A stretch of 64,000 nt of DNA. Source: Macrostomum lignano (Eukaryota). Position numbers and translations under genes: made by a program. The notes beneath the pieces were generated by a model. It ran no database searches, was not told where the DNA came from, and worked only from the letters and a program-made list of their open reading frames with translations. Shown piece by piece: positions 45,301 to 58,089 of this stretch. Position 1 is the stretch's first letter, and each line of letters starts with the position of its first letter. Location of the stretch: NCBI GenBank assembly GCA_002269645.1, contig NIVC01002652.1, positions 1 through 64,000 of the forward strand, in the 5' to 3' direction.

Positions 45301-48300
45301 GGCTCTTTAAACCTGAAACAATGTAGCGAACTGGTGGCGGGACCGCTCTGATCTCGACGGTTCTCGGCATTCCCTTGTTTTATATTGGCTGACCGAATTC
45401 ACGGGTGTTTCACGAGTCGCTCCCGAGCGCGCCGGGAGGCCCCGCGCGGCTTATTGCCAATTATAACCATCGGGGGCCCCCGCTCTTCCGCACGGGTTAT
45501 GTGTATAAATATACTGTATATATATAAATAGTCTTTTGAATTTTTACGCTCCAACTTCATGTTGCTTGTCCCCAAATCGGGTTCATCATCTGCTACTATG
45601 CCGGGCCGATGTATTGTGTTGAACCAATAAGGCGCTTCACCAGGCCACGGCGGTCCAAAACCCATGGGAGCGGAAGCCTGGGGGACCGGGGGGGGGGGGC
45701 GCAATAAACCTTCGCTCAGGTGGCTTCAATAAATGCTGCGATTTTTCTCTTTTTTATACAATTTTATTATTTCATTTTTTACACTGCACAAAATAAGCGG
45801 TCCTTTATACTCCGGAAGAATTGGGAAATGCGACCACATTGCTCCCGGTGTAAATTCTGTCTGGAGAATCTGTTATCTAAACAAATTGCCCCATGTCCAA
45901 GAGAATTAATAGTGTGCTTGCACAGGAAATCCTGACACGCAAGACTGGCCCGCTTTCGCCCCAAATTCAGGGCGGAACCGCCGCTGACCCATTAAAGATT
46001 TAAGAGATTTGTTTCCGTAATTACCTGCTGCAACCCCGGCGCAGCTGACAAACAATTTCAGATTGACAAGCTCAGGTGGCGTGTGAAAATTGCTGTACTT
46101 CGCTAAAAGCTCAACCAAGTGATCCGAAAAAGGATGCCGATCAGTGCAAGACCATCTTTTCTTCGGTTCGTTTAATCCTTCCCTGTACAGCATGTTGCTT
46201 ATGAAAATTTTTAATTCGGAATTACACTCCCCCCGACCTATTTTGATTATTTCATCCTCCATTTTTTATATTATTACAAGCCGCGGCGTGGTTCGCAATA
46301 ATGATACGAAGTTTGCCGCGATGCGGCTTCAGCCTCTGCCTTACCCCAGCAACCTCCTGATGCCCTCCTGAGCTTTCTTCTTTCCCCTTTGCTGCTGCGT
46401 CTTTCGCGGGTATAAAAGTTTAATAAAACACGGGCTGGGTTGCGGTGTGCATTTTTGGGTCGTTCTCCTTTTCTTTTTAAATTCGCAACCATCTCTGGCT
46501 GGGAGCAGAAAATCGGGAGAAACTGCGAAGCGCGGGACAGTAAATTGGCTTGAGAGGCGGAAGCAGAAATGACACATCGCGAAGGCTTGGGACCAGCCAA
46601 CTACTTGGGGTTGGCTGGTAGCTTCGAATGCTGGAAGAAAAACTTTTGCTTGTCAAAATCAAGAAGAAACGGATATTTCTGCTTCTGAATGTCGCGCGTA
46701 GCCGCCCCGCCAATTTAACGATGCGATCTTTCTATCACTAATGCATTTTGCCTGTATACAGTTTGGTCTGTTCAATGAAAGAATTCAATTTTGATAGAGT
46801 TGCTACCAGCCTATCTCAAGAACTACCGGATATTCTGCTCGCTTCATTGACTAAGTACTGGAACAGCTGTTTGCGATTCCATCCTTGAGTTGCCAGCTAT
46901 TTTTTAAATCATTTTTAAACAGCATTGTAACTGTAAGATTGCGGGTATCGGCGCGTCACACTTTCCATCTTTCTTTCATCATCTGCCGAAAATTACTTGA
47001 TTAATCATTTAATGTTACATTTGCTGCCATTTTACAGCCACATATTCCGCTGTGTTACATCTTCCACCATGCTACATCTTCCGCTGTGTTACATCTTCCG
47101 CTGTATTACATCTTCCGCCATGCTACATCTTCCACTGTGTTACATCTTCCGCCGTGCTACATCTTCCGCTGTATTACATCTTCCGCTGTGTTACATCTTC
47201 CACTGTGTTACATCTTCCGCCATGCTCCATCTTCCATTGTGTTACATCTTCCGCTGTGTTACATCTTCCGCCATGCTACATCTTCCGCTGTGTTACATCT
47301 TCCGCTGTGTTACATCTTCCGCTGTGTTACATCTTCCGCTGTATTACATCTTCCGCTGTGTTACATCTTCCGCTGTGTTACATCTTCCACCATGCTACAT
47401 CTTCCGCTGTGGTACATCTTCCACCATGCTACATCTTCCGCCTTGCTACATCTTCCTATTATCAGCCACAATCTCATCAAAGAAGCAATTAAACCCCATT
47501 CGGACTCTCACCTGCGGACTGTCTGTACCGAGCAGGCCAGAATTGAACAGATGCGCCGCGTGTTCAACCGACAAGCTCTTTGGCACCGCCGTAGTCCTGG
47601 AGATCGCCCGCAACTCCTGCAGCCTGGCATTCATGGCGGTCCTCGTGCCAACGAATGCGGCGTCACGCAGAACCGAGCCGTTGTAGTTGTAGGTCTGCGC
47701 GGTGAGGATGGGGATGGGGAGTGACTGTCGGTCCTTCAAATCGTCTGCACGAATGAGGACACTAGAACAGAGCAAGGTGCTCAATGCAAGGTGTAGTCGG
47801 TGAGCTAGCACCTCCTCCCTGTACACTTTAAGCTAAGATCGAGCCTCACAAAAGCGATAAGCTCTGGGAGGCCATCCTGAGAATTCTCAACTTTTGTTTC
47901 TCGTCTTTACTTCTTTGCAAAATAAATGGCAACTTCTCTGTAAATTTGCAATTCATGATCTAATAATGACTGTCAGAAAATCTGACGCAGACACTCAGGC
48001 AGGCATTGAGACAGGCATTGAGACAGGCACTGAGACAGGCACTGAGACAGGCACTGAGACAGGCACTGAGACAGGCACTGAGACAGGCACTGAGACAGGC
48101 ACTGAGACAGGCACTGAGACAGGCACTGAGACAGGCACTGAGACAGGCACTGAGACAGGCACTGAGACAGGCACTGAGACAGGCACTGAGACAGGCACTG
48201 AGACAGGCACTGAGACCATACGGTTCGAAAAGACCGGGGTCTTTGCGTCACGACCCAGAAAAATCCCTCCAATCCAACAGCAGAACCGCTATGCGTGCCT

Positions 48301-51300
48301 TTTTCCCCGACGCCCATTTAGTTTGCATTAATCCATCTGAATCTCGCGACAGGGAGTTTTCCTCCAAACCTAGATATCTGTTCTCTTATTCCTGTGCTGG
48401 CCAAATATTGAAGCAGCGATATGAGAGGCTTGAAGGTGAGTAGGAGGGCGGAGAGGTCTCTAGGCCCGCGGCTTATCACAGAAATCTCAAACATGAACTT
48501 GCCAGCTACGTAATCTGCCAGTTGCTGCTGCATCCGCAGCCCAGCATCCACGCGCGCGCGCCATAATTTAATTAGCTGCGCCCCTCAAGAGCGGCCGGAG
48601 CCCCTTTTTTCTGCGCTGCCTTACATGATATGAAAATATCAATGAAATATTGACTTTGCCACCAAGGTTTGGGCCAATAGTGCTTGATGAAGCCGAACTA
48701 TTGCATGTATTGCGGGTGCTTTCAGCTGCGCTAAGTGTAAAACCTTGTCATGATGTTTGGATGCAGAATAACTGGGAATTTGGTGTTTTAAATGCTAACC
48801 TGCTGAGTTGACTGGGATCAGGATACTTGCTAGAAATTGGGTGTTACTAAGATGATGGTTGAGCAATGTGCTCAGCAGACGGACGGGCTGCTCAGCTGAA
48901 GTATTTTCCTAGAAAGCATCAAAACAGTGGCCAGTGAATGAGATTCCGCCTGCTCAAAACCACAGCACATGAAGGCATCGCTTATGAAAGGAAATCGATT
49001 GGATAAAATTCGATTCGAACTGATGGCCGGAGTTGGGAAATAATTGTGCGAAGGGTCGATGGGGATTAGGGACAGATGCCCGCCGGATCGACGGCGCCGC
49101 TGTTAGAACAATCCCTCTTGAGACCCGGCAGTGCCGGCCGTCTGCGATCTGTCTTGGGAATTTCTACTCAGAAGCAATTATTGCAAACTACTGAAAATTT
49201 GCTGCAGAAGAAATAATTAACAAAATGAGTTCAGACTGGGAGGGATTAACGGGGGGTTGATCTCGGGTATTGGTAAATCTGACGATAAGCTTTGCTAGGC
49301 CGCTTGCCCAGTTCTCTAAATTGAGCCGGCTGAGCTGCGAGTCGCCCCCGAGACCCATGCTGGCATTTTTCCAACACAGTTTCTTGTCAGTGACACCTTC
49401 TTTGCGAAACATTTCCTAGGCCTGTTCTAGTAAGGAATACGCTCGGGCAGACAGGCACTGAGACAGGCACTGAGACGGGCACTGAGACAGGCACTGAGAC
49501 AGGGCACTAAGACAGGCACTGAGACAGGGCACTAAGACAGGCACTGAGACAGTCACTGAGACAGTCACTGAGACAGGCACTGAGACAGTCACAAAGACAG
49601 GCACTGAGACAAGCACTGAGACAGGCACTGAGACAGGGCACTAAGACAGGCACTGAGACAGGGCACTAAGACAGGCACTGAGACAGTCACTGAGACAGTC
49701 ACTGAGACAGGCACTGAGACAGTCACAAAGACAGGCACTGAGACAGGGCACTAAGACAGGCACTGAGACAGGGCACTAAGACAGGCACTGAGACAGTCAC
49801 TGAGACAGTCACTGAGACAGGCACTGAGACAGTCACAAAGACAGGCACTGAGACAAGCACTGAGACAGGCACTGAGACAGGGCACTAAGACAGGCACTGA
49901 GACAGGGCACTAAGACAGGCACTGAGACAGTCACTGAGACAGTCACTGAGACAGGCACTGAGACAGTCACAAAGACAGGCACTGAGACAAGCACTGAGAC
50001 AGGCACTGAGACAGGCACTGAGACAGGCACTGAGACAGGCACTGAGACAGGCACTGAGACAGGCACTGAGACAGGCACTGAAACAGTCACTGAGACAGTC
50101 ACTAGAACAGGCACTGAGACAGGCACTGAGACAGGCACTGAGACAGGCACTGAGACAGGCACTGAGACAGGGCACTAAGACAGGCACTGAAACAGTCACT
50201 GAGACAGTCACTAGAACAGGCACTGAGACAGTCACAAAGACAGGCACTGAGACAGGCCCTGAGACAGGCACTGAGACAGGCACTGAGGCAGGCACTGAGA
50301 CAGGCACTGAGACAGTCACAAAGACAGGCACTAAGACAGGCACTGAGACAGGCACTGAGACAGGCACTGAGACAGGCACTGAGACAGGCACTGTGACAGG
50401 CACTGAGACAGGCACTGAGACAGTCACAAAGACAGGCACTGAGACAGTCACAAAGACAGGCACTGAGACAGGCACTGAGACAGGCACTGAGACAGGCACT
50501 GAGACAGTCACAAAGACAGTCACAAAGACAGGCACTGAGACGCCACAGCAGACTCACTCTGAGATGCCGCTCCAGCGAGTGGATGAAGGCCTTGAGGCTC
50601 TCGGGCTCATACTCTTGGCCGTCCTTCTTCCTGGCCTGACTGACGAACTCCCGCAGGTGCTCGTCCAGCTCATCGGGCGGAATGCTCTGAACATCGCGCT
50701 GGTCGCCGCGCACCTGCTGAATAAAGCGGCAGATGACCTTCATGTCCGACTTGGTCTTTCGCATCGTGTTGTGCACCCCGACGACTCCGGCGGCCCCGAT
50801 GCCTCCCCCGCCCGGGCTGTTGTTGTTGGCGGCGTCGGCTGCGGCGGCAGCGGCTGCGGCGGCGGCGGTGACGGCAGCGGATGAAGAAGTCGATGAAGAT
50901 GAAGAATTGTTGCTGACGGGGTTCAGCGGCTGGCCGTCCCGGAGCTGCTGAGGCCGAGCTCGGGGGCTGTGAGACGACTTGGCGACGCCTCCTGTTGTTG
51001 AAGCAATGAGTGATTTGAGATTAAGATGAAAGTGGCAGAGTCCAACCCGAACTCTAACACTGGTTTCAGTATATGGATTCAGGTCATCTTCAGGCCGTCC
51101 TGGATGCTGACAGCGGGGCTATAGGAGCGGCTTGGGCGCAAACAAGTCAGGAACAGCTGGTTCCCGCTTATTCTCACTTAATCGCAACCGAACTTTTTTC
51201 AACTGACAAAAATAACAAAAAACACAAGCGATTTTAAGCTAGCGAGGCTCCATAAAGCTGAAAGGAAGCGACTCGGAAGTCCGTGATGCAGCTGATAGAC

Positions 51301-54300
51301 AGTCGATGCAAATGACAAAGGGAAAAAGCTGACAACAATATTTCGGCCTGAGCAGACAGCCGGGCACCAGCAGTTTCCCCATTCAACTCAGTCAGAGGGA
51401 TTTTCTACTTTTTCGGGAAAGTCATCAGCTTCATCAGGTTTCCCAGATTTTTTAGAAACTAATCAACACTACCTGGAAGCCAGGGGGTGCTTGAGCTGCT
51501 GCGAATTGGTTGATAGGACAACTGCAAGGTGCGGATCGGAGACTGAGCCCTCCCGCTATGATATAAAACCCTAGGGTAGAAAAAGCCGAGCAGAGCAGCC
51601 GGAAATTCCCCGGAAATTCCCCGCAGGCTCACCGAGCAGCGGAGCAGCCGGCGGAGCGGCGCCGCCCGCTGACGCGTCTCCGCCAAGTCCGGACTCGGAG
51701 CCCGCCGGGCTGTCCACCGCCTGTGGCTCCAGCGGCGGTGGCGGCAGCGGCGGCGGTGGCGGGACTGGCAGCTGCGGCTGAGGCGGCAGTGACGGGAGCG
51801 AGGCCGGTTTTCTACCTTCCGCAGCGGCCGCGGCGGCGGCAACCGCGGAGGGCCCGAAGCCGTGCGCGGCTGTCATGTGGGCCTCCAGCTGGCGCAGGCT
51901 GCGGGCTGGCGAGCCGCAGATCAGGCACTGGAAGTCAGGCAGGACGCCGCCTCCTCCGCTGGCTGCCGCGGCGGCCGCCGCCGCTGCCATCAAGCCGAAA
52001 TGCGGCGGCGGCGGCGGAGGAGGCGGCGGCGGAGGCGGCGGTGGTGGCGGCCCGAGCGGTGGCGGGTGCGCATGCTGGGGGAACCCGGACGCGCCGCCCG
52101 ATGTGACGGCGGCAGCGGCGGCAGCAGCGGCAGCGGCCGCAGCAGCAGCGGAGACTGGGACGGGGCGGCTCAAGCCAGCGGCTGCGGCGGCCATGTGCGA
52201 CATCGGAAAGTGCAGGACCTGGATGTGGGTGCTGAGGTCCTCGGAGCACTGGCACAGCGCCTTGCACAGGGGGCAGGCGATCCCGCGCAGCTCCTGACAG
52301 GCGTTGGCGGCCTTCTGGTGCTGCAGCAGCTGCTGGTGCCACGCCTTGTCCAGCTGGGTCCCGTTCGCCAGGCCCGGCCGCCCGGTGAACTTGCGCACCG
52401 TGTCGCAGCACTCGATGATGTTGGCGTGCTGGAATGAACAAATTTTCAAAGTGGCCCTGAGCACCATCTGAAACTCAAGACCATCCTCCTCTTCTTTCTC
52501 AACGATATCGCATTCTGTCTGAGAGCTATTCTCAGTGGCTGTGTGAGTGTTGAATGACAGCAACTGGTCTGAGCCCGATATTAATTATCTGTCCGACTTT
52601 TTTCTCACCCAGAGCAGTCGTTTCCTATCGCATCAAAAAAGCAAGACAAGGTAAATCAAGCGGCTGTGTGTTTTTTTTCAGTCAGTGGCAAGAACAAAAG
52701 AGGGATCAAAGAGGGACTCTGGTCCCCTTTGAGTCGGGCATTTGATACTTTGAGTTGCCATCTCTTCCATTTGGTTTTTGTCGATTATTCAATTGAGCAA
52801 CCTGAGCTGATGAAGGAACTCCCCCCTTCCACCAAATTGGAGATTTGAGGATAAATTAACAAAAACAATTTCGGGCTGGGGTGGAGGGTCAAGTTCTGTT
52901 TTGAGTTTGCGGATCAATGGAACAGGCCGTGAAATCTCGGGAGCTCTGAATCTGCAGCAATATCGCCCCAATTATTTGATAGAGAAATCAACCGCTAGGA
53001 AGCGGAATGCGAAAAGCTGCTTGCTCCCCAGCCTCTTCCCCATCGGTTCAGTTTTTGTTGCTTCAAATTTTTGATGCAGACCCCCCTCCCTCCCCTCTAT
53101 CTCCGCTTCCCGGTCGCGTTTAATTGGGAGAAGAAGCTGGAGGAGCCTTATTAGAGCCTCATCAAGACACAGGAGAGGGTTGGAAGCAACGAGACGAGAC
53201 TTGGGCAGTTTAGTGAGGAACTGAGCCCGATCCGGGGGGAAACAATGCATTGTACGGCCCAGCTTTGCGAGAACAAAAACTGAAGGAACTTGGGGGGCTC
53301 ACAGCTCAAGAATGAGAAAAGGAAGGAGACAGCTTCCTTGCAAGCCCCATCACTCCAGCTTCCTTGGTCGCGGGGGGTGGTGGGAATAATACGGAGATGA
53401 GAGTTTGTTGGGGATCACGCGATGAGGAACAGACAGAGAGTCCCAGGGCAGATATGGCTTTTCAGTTCTCAAGCCCGCTGTTGTCAATCAGTCTCACACA
53501 GGGCAGTGGGGAAGCCGCCGCATCCAACAAATAATTTGCAAAGCATCTGTGGTAGTAGAAAGATGGCGACCCGAAATTCTTCTAACTAATGGCCGCCACA
53601 CCTTTTATAGCACCGGCTGCTCCTCGGCATCAGTGCTAATGGCCCCCCGTATTCACCTGCTCATTTATTCACCCACCATCTATGCTCAGATTATTGTAGT
53701 GACGGCCCGAATTCGCTGGAGAATAATTTTGGTGCGATCTCACATTGAAGGGCTAGTCAATTCACTGTAGGCTCTATAGGCTGTGAGGTCTATCGGCTTT
53801 AGAGTCTAAAGGCTCTGAAGGTCACTGAAGGTCTAGTTGGAGCTCTAAAGGCTCTGACGGTCACTGAAGGTCTACTTGGAGCTCTAAAGGCTCTAACAGT
53901 CACTGAAGGTCTACTTGGAGCTCTAAAGGCTCTGACGGTCACTGAAGGTCTAGTTGGAGCTCTAAAGGCTCTGAAGGTCACTAAAGGTCTACTTGGAGCT
54001 GTAAAGGCTCTGACGGTCACTGAAGGTCTAGTTGGAGCTCTAAAGGCTCTGAAGGTCACTGAAGGTCTAGTTGGAGCTCTAAAGGCTCTGACGGTCACTG
54101 AAGGTCTACTTGGAGCTGTAAAGGCTCTGACAGTCACTGAAGGTCTACTTGGAGCTCTAAAGGCTCTGACGGTCACTGAAGGTCTAGTTGGAGCTCTAAA
54201 GGCTCTGACAGTCACTGAAGGTCTACTTGGAGCTCTAAAGGCTCTGACAGTCACTGAAGGTCTACTTGGAGCTCCAAAGGCTCTAACGGTCATTGAGAAG

Positions 54301-54540
54301 GTTTTGGTCCCTTCCACGTGGCACTCACCTTGACTTTCCTATGGTAGATCTCACGATGGTCCTCCATGATCTCCCGGCTGGTGCTGATAGCCTGGCAGAC
54401 GCTGCAAACGTACGTGAAGTACTTTGGCGGCTCATCCCGCAGGCTGCACGGAAAATGAGTCTCGAACTTGTGCAGGTTCAGCGTGGTGTAGGCGCATTCC
54501 GGACAGCGGACGAAGTGCACCCAGGGCTGCGACTGTGGCT

Positions 54541-54571
<31 letters not shown>

Positions 54572-54628
54572 TTGTTGTTGTTGGGGCGACGACGGCGGCG
54601 GCTGCTGAGCCTGCGGCTGCTGCTCCAT
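42393..54628 (-). CDS. Zinc-finger protein fused to a Crypton-type tyrosine-recombinase-derived (DUF3504-like) domain, about 754 aa
   Basis: Exons 54628-54329, 52428-51633, 50991-50558, 47694-47512, 43292-43068, 42719-42393 all have GT-AG ends and are in frame (2265 nt). Fingers: CPEC-x12-H-x2-C, CSVC-x12-H-x4-H, CPLC-x12-H-x4-H, CLIC-x12-H-x4-H. C-terminal half: NTMRKT...ELDEHLREFVSQARKKDGQEYEPESLKAFIHSLERHL...LFNSGLLGTDSPQALLNTLWF...HFCVRGTSRH...FKIYTNLRP...PFYL...AWFK, typical of ZMYM/QRICH1/KIAA1958/Crypton domains. Confidence 0.82.
42825..43058. repeat. 16-17-bp minisatellite
   Basis: ATAAGGGACTGTGCTC units. Confidence 0.9.
43520..44010. repeat. 16-bp minisatellite
   Basis: Unit TTCATATCTCTGAAAC. 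Confidence 0.9.
47045..47455. repeat. 17-bp minisatellite
   Basis: Unit TGTTACATCTTCCGCTG. Confidence 0.9.
47995..48216. repeat. 12-bp minisatellite
   Basis: Unit GGCACTGAGACA. Confidence 0.95.
49450..50540. repeat. 12-bp minisatellite, same unit as 47995-48216
   Basis: GGCACTGAGACA with GTCACAAAGACA variants. Confidence 0.95.
53800..54295. repeat. 39-bp minisatellite
   Basis: Unit GGTCACTGAAGGTCTAGTTGGAGCTCTAAAGGCTCTGAC. Confidence 0.95.
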
Positions 54629-56823
54629 CGTTGTTGCTAAGCTTGAGTAGGCGGGAATTGGCAGGAGCAGGCCGAGAGGTGCTGCGCCGAACTGCAGTGG
54701 GAAGTTTGCTGCTGCTGCTGCTGCTCCCGGAGTCGCTTGTAACTGTAGCTGATCCACTCTGCAGCTCTTGGCCTTGCTCTGCCGGTCGAGTCGGTGGCGC
54801 TGGCGCTGGCGGAGTTATCTGAAACGGTTCAAGTGCAGACGCGCTGCAGCAGCCTTGAGCCCGTCACTGGGGGGGGGGGGGGGCAGAGGCGGTAGTGAAG
54901 GGGACGCGGAGAGTGAAGGAGGCTCTGGGGGAGCAATAACAGAGTCGTGCATTATTCAAATTATCGGATCGGGTCCGGCGCGCACCGCAACCCCGGGCGG
55001 CTGATGGTTACAAAACAGTCCCCTCCAGTTCCTTCTTCCTTCGCCTCACACCTGGCCCATCATCATAAAGAAAAGGGAGGCTGAACAGTAAGAACAGTAG
55101 GAGCCTTGAACAGGACCGCGAGGCGTGTTGGCTCAGCAAAGTTTTCCTAGCATTAATTCTATATCGCGGCGCTGGACTTAGAGAGGGATGGGGAAATAAC
55201 TCCCGCCTGGAGTGGGCATTGATTTTTCAAGACTCCGCTTTTGACACCTCTGCTGCAACAGACCCCTGTGCTTGCCGACTTCTCCTAGAGGCCGCACCGC
55301 CGCTCAGGTCAATACAGGCAGGCTGCTGGTTACGCAATCAAACAATTGAGCAGCCGGGAGCTTGCAAAACAATGCGCAAGTTTTTCTCTGCTTCCTGCTG
55401 AATGCAAAGTTTCCTTTTTTAAACAGCAGACAAGCTTTTTTTTCCGTGTGAGATATGCTCCTTCTAGGAGGAAGCCAGGAAACCCAGCTGGTCCTGCAGA
55501 GACCCAACTAACTACACCCAATTTATTCTCCCAGAGCCTATTCCATTTTCACGGGTAATTCAAAATTCATGGACAAATGAATTGGTGGCTCTGCTGTCTC
55601 CCTACCTCTCTTCTCTCCTCTGCAGTCTTGTTCAAGTTTTTCCATGCCTTGGCCTCTCCTTTCATTATCGTTAAGGATTTTGCGGCTCTGATACGAGAGA
55701 CTGCTGGGGCTTGAGAACAGAGGAAGCTGCGGACAAAACACCCCGCTGCTATCCCTCCTCCCGACCCCACAGCCCGGCTCAGGCTGGCTCCGCCTTGAAA
55801 TTCTTTTATTCTATTCTCGGGCTCTTCCTAAGTCGCTTCCTCCTTCTCTGTGGTGTCTTTGTATTCATGTGTGGGTGTGCAGTCCCTCCGCCACCATTCA
55901 GGCCGGAGTTGAATGCTGCTGCTGCTGCTGCTGCTGCTATGATGATGTCGATGTTAAAGTAAGTTGCTTGCCAATGAGGAGTGTAAAAAACTGACTTTAA
56001 AACCAATTTCTTTCTTTCCGCCTCTTTCTGGGGCTCCTAGCATTGCTGGGCGGCCCGCTCCGCTCCTTCCCCCTCCCCACACACACCGGGGTCTCCTTGA
56101 CGCGGGTCTCCTGCGGAAGCGGGGGTCTCACTACTCACCACTCACTCACTCACCGCAGGAGAGGGCCCAGAGGCAGCGCAGACAACAGACTGGGCCATGC
56201 AGAAAATGGCATAAAAAATTAACTAATAATTTTCTATCAATTCACCAACCCCAATTACAAATTTTGCTCAGAGCAAAAGCAGAAAATGCCTTCTATAGTT
56301 TACTCTCTTTTTTCACCTCAATACAATTCAAGCTTTTTCAGGCCCTGCGCAGCACAAGGCATGTCTTGACAAAGCCACTGACAGAGCGTGATACACAATA
56401 AGCGCAGCCCCACGCAGTGACGCCGATTACACTCTGTCGGAGTTGTTGAGATGCTCCACTGTGGTTGGGGGCGAATGCTATCAGGAATACAACCCGGATA
56501 AATGTTCGTAACCCCCCCCCCAGTAACCATCTGTTTTATCAAGTGGATCGATTCTGTTAGTCTAGTTGACGCAAAAGTTGTGGCCAACCCTTAATGGATC
56601 GGTTTGACAGTCCTCTTGCGAAAGTTATCTTCTGTGCCCGGCTTTTATCTTTCAGTGACAAAATTGGCTCTTTGCCTCCCAAGCAGATTTAAGCTTGCAG
56701 ACGTGAATAATATTTTCATATCTGTCTGGCTAAAGCAAGCAATGCGCTTCTTCCCATTATATTTTGGGCAGCGAATCGTTACCGCAAATTCCTCCAGCCC
56801 CGAAGGGATCAGCCCCGATCGCT

Positions 56824-56855
<32 letters not shown>

Positions 56856-58089
56856 GCGATCGTTGCTCTCCCCTGGCTATGATAAAAAATTGAAGCAGCA
56901 GACTGGCCTGAACAATTCGCAGGGACGCACAGAGACAGGATGGGGGACGCTGGGGGGTTGCCAACCTGCCTGCTTGATGCGAAGCTGTGATAACAAAAAT
57001 ATTCCTTCTGTGTGTGTGTTATGTGACGTTTTTTCTGCTGCTACCGGGGAACTGCGGTTTAATCTGCGCTCCAGTCGTGTAAGTTGGCCTTAAGTCTGCA
57101 GAAGGGGGCCTGTAGGGGTGGGCGCTAAATGTCATAGCAGGTTGCTGGGACCCAAATATATATAGCGGCTTTAGAAATCCCAGATCATGCTTATATTGGG
57201 GCAGCTGATGATGTCTGATACGAATGTCACAGAGCTGCTTCTGTGCCGCCAGTTCCTGCAGCAATGCGGGGCTTTCGCGACCAAAATCTACCTGGAAAGG
57301 TGCGCACAGACTGCGTGCGCGCTTCTTTCGGGGTTAATTTGAATTGAAAGAAAATGCTTTATTTCTGTTTGCTTACAATCGGGGCCCAGTATCTATAGCA
57401 CACGCGCCAAGCATAGCGTACTCAGTCACGCTCTGCTAAAATAAAGATTTTGTGTCGCAAACAACTTATCAGAGCCCCATATCTGCTAGCAGCGACTCAT
57501 TCTATATTTCTCTTGCTCATTAAAAAAAGAAGTAAAAGAAAAATAATAAAAAATGTTCCAATCGCAAGAAACTAGAAGAAGAAGACTTGGTTTGCCTTCC
57601 TCGCTAGTCAAAAGTAGTGAATTATAGATTATTTGGTGCAATACTGGCCAATGAACGACTGCAAAAGGGTGCAGTCTGATAAGATCACCTGGTCGATGCC
57701 CTATCTGCATGGCTCTCTGCACCCGCCAGACAGCCGCGGCTGGCCGCAGGCGAGAGGCGCCCTCTGTTATGCCCGACCCTCCGGTAATCGTCAGATTAGC
57801 CCAGCAACTGGTTAGCGTCTCAAGGAGGCTATTATAACACTATTTGCCGTTGTGCTCAGCCAGCGTGTGTGACTTTTTGTTGTTGCTATTTAGAATAATT
57901 CTGAACGCTGCCCCACCTCCCCTGCTTCCCCTTATCGACAGCTGCTCGAGTTGAACAAGTAGAAAATAGTCAGAGTAGTCCTGCTAGCACCGCAGTTGCT
58001 GGGGCTTACCACGAATACTGAGCACAACTGTGTTGGTAAATTGCAGTTTGGAATATTATATTAGGATTTCATTGATACGGAAAATGGGT

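Noticed and set aside
42393-50991. Active Crypton or other tyrosine-recombinase transposon
   Set aside because: No HxxR, GH or catalytic Tyr, no terminal repeats, and it is spliced in frame to zinc-finger exons through large introns.
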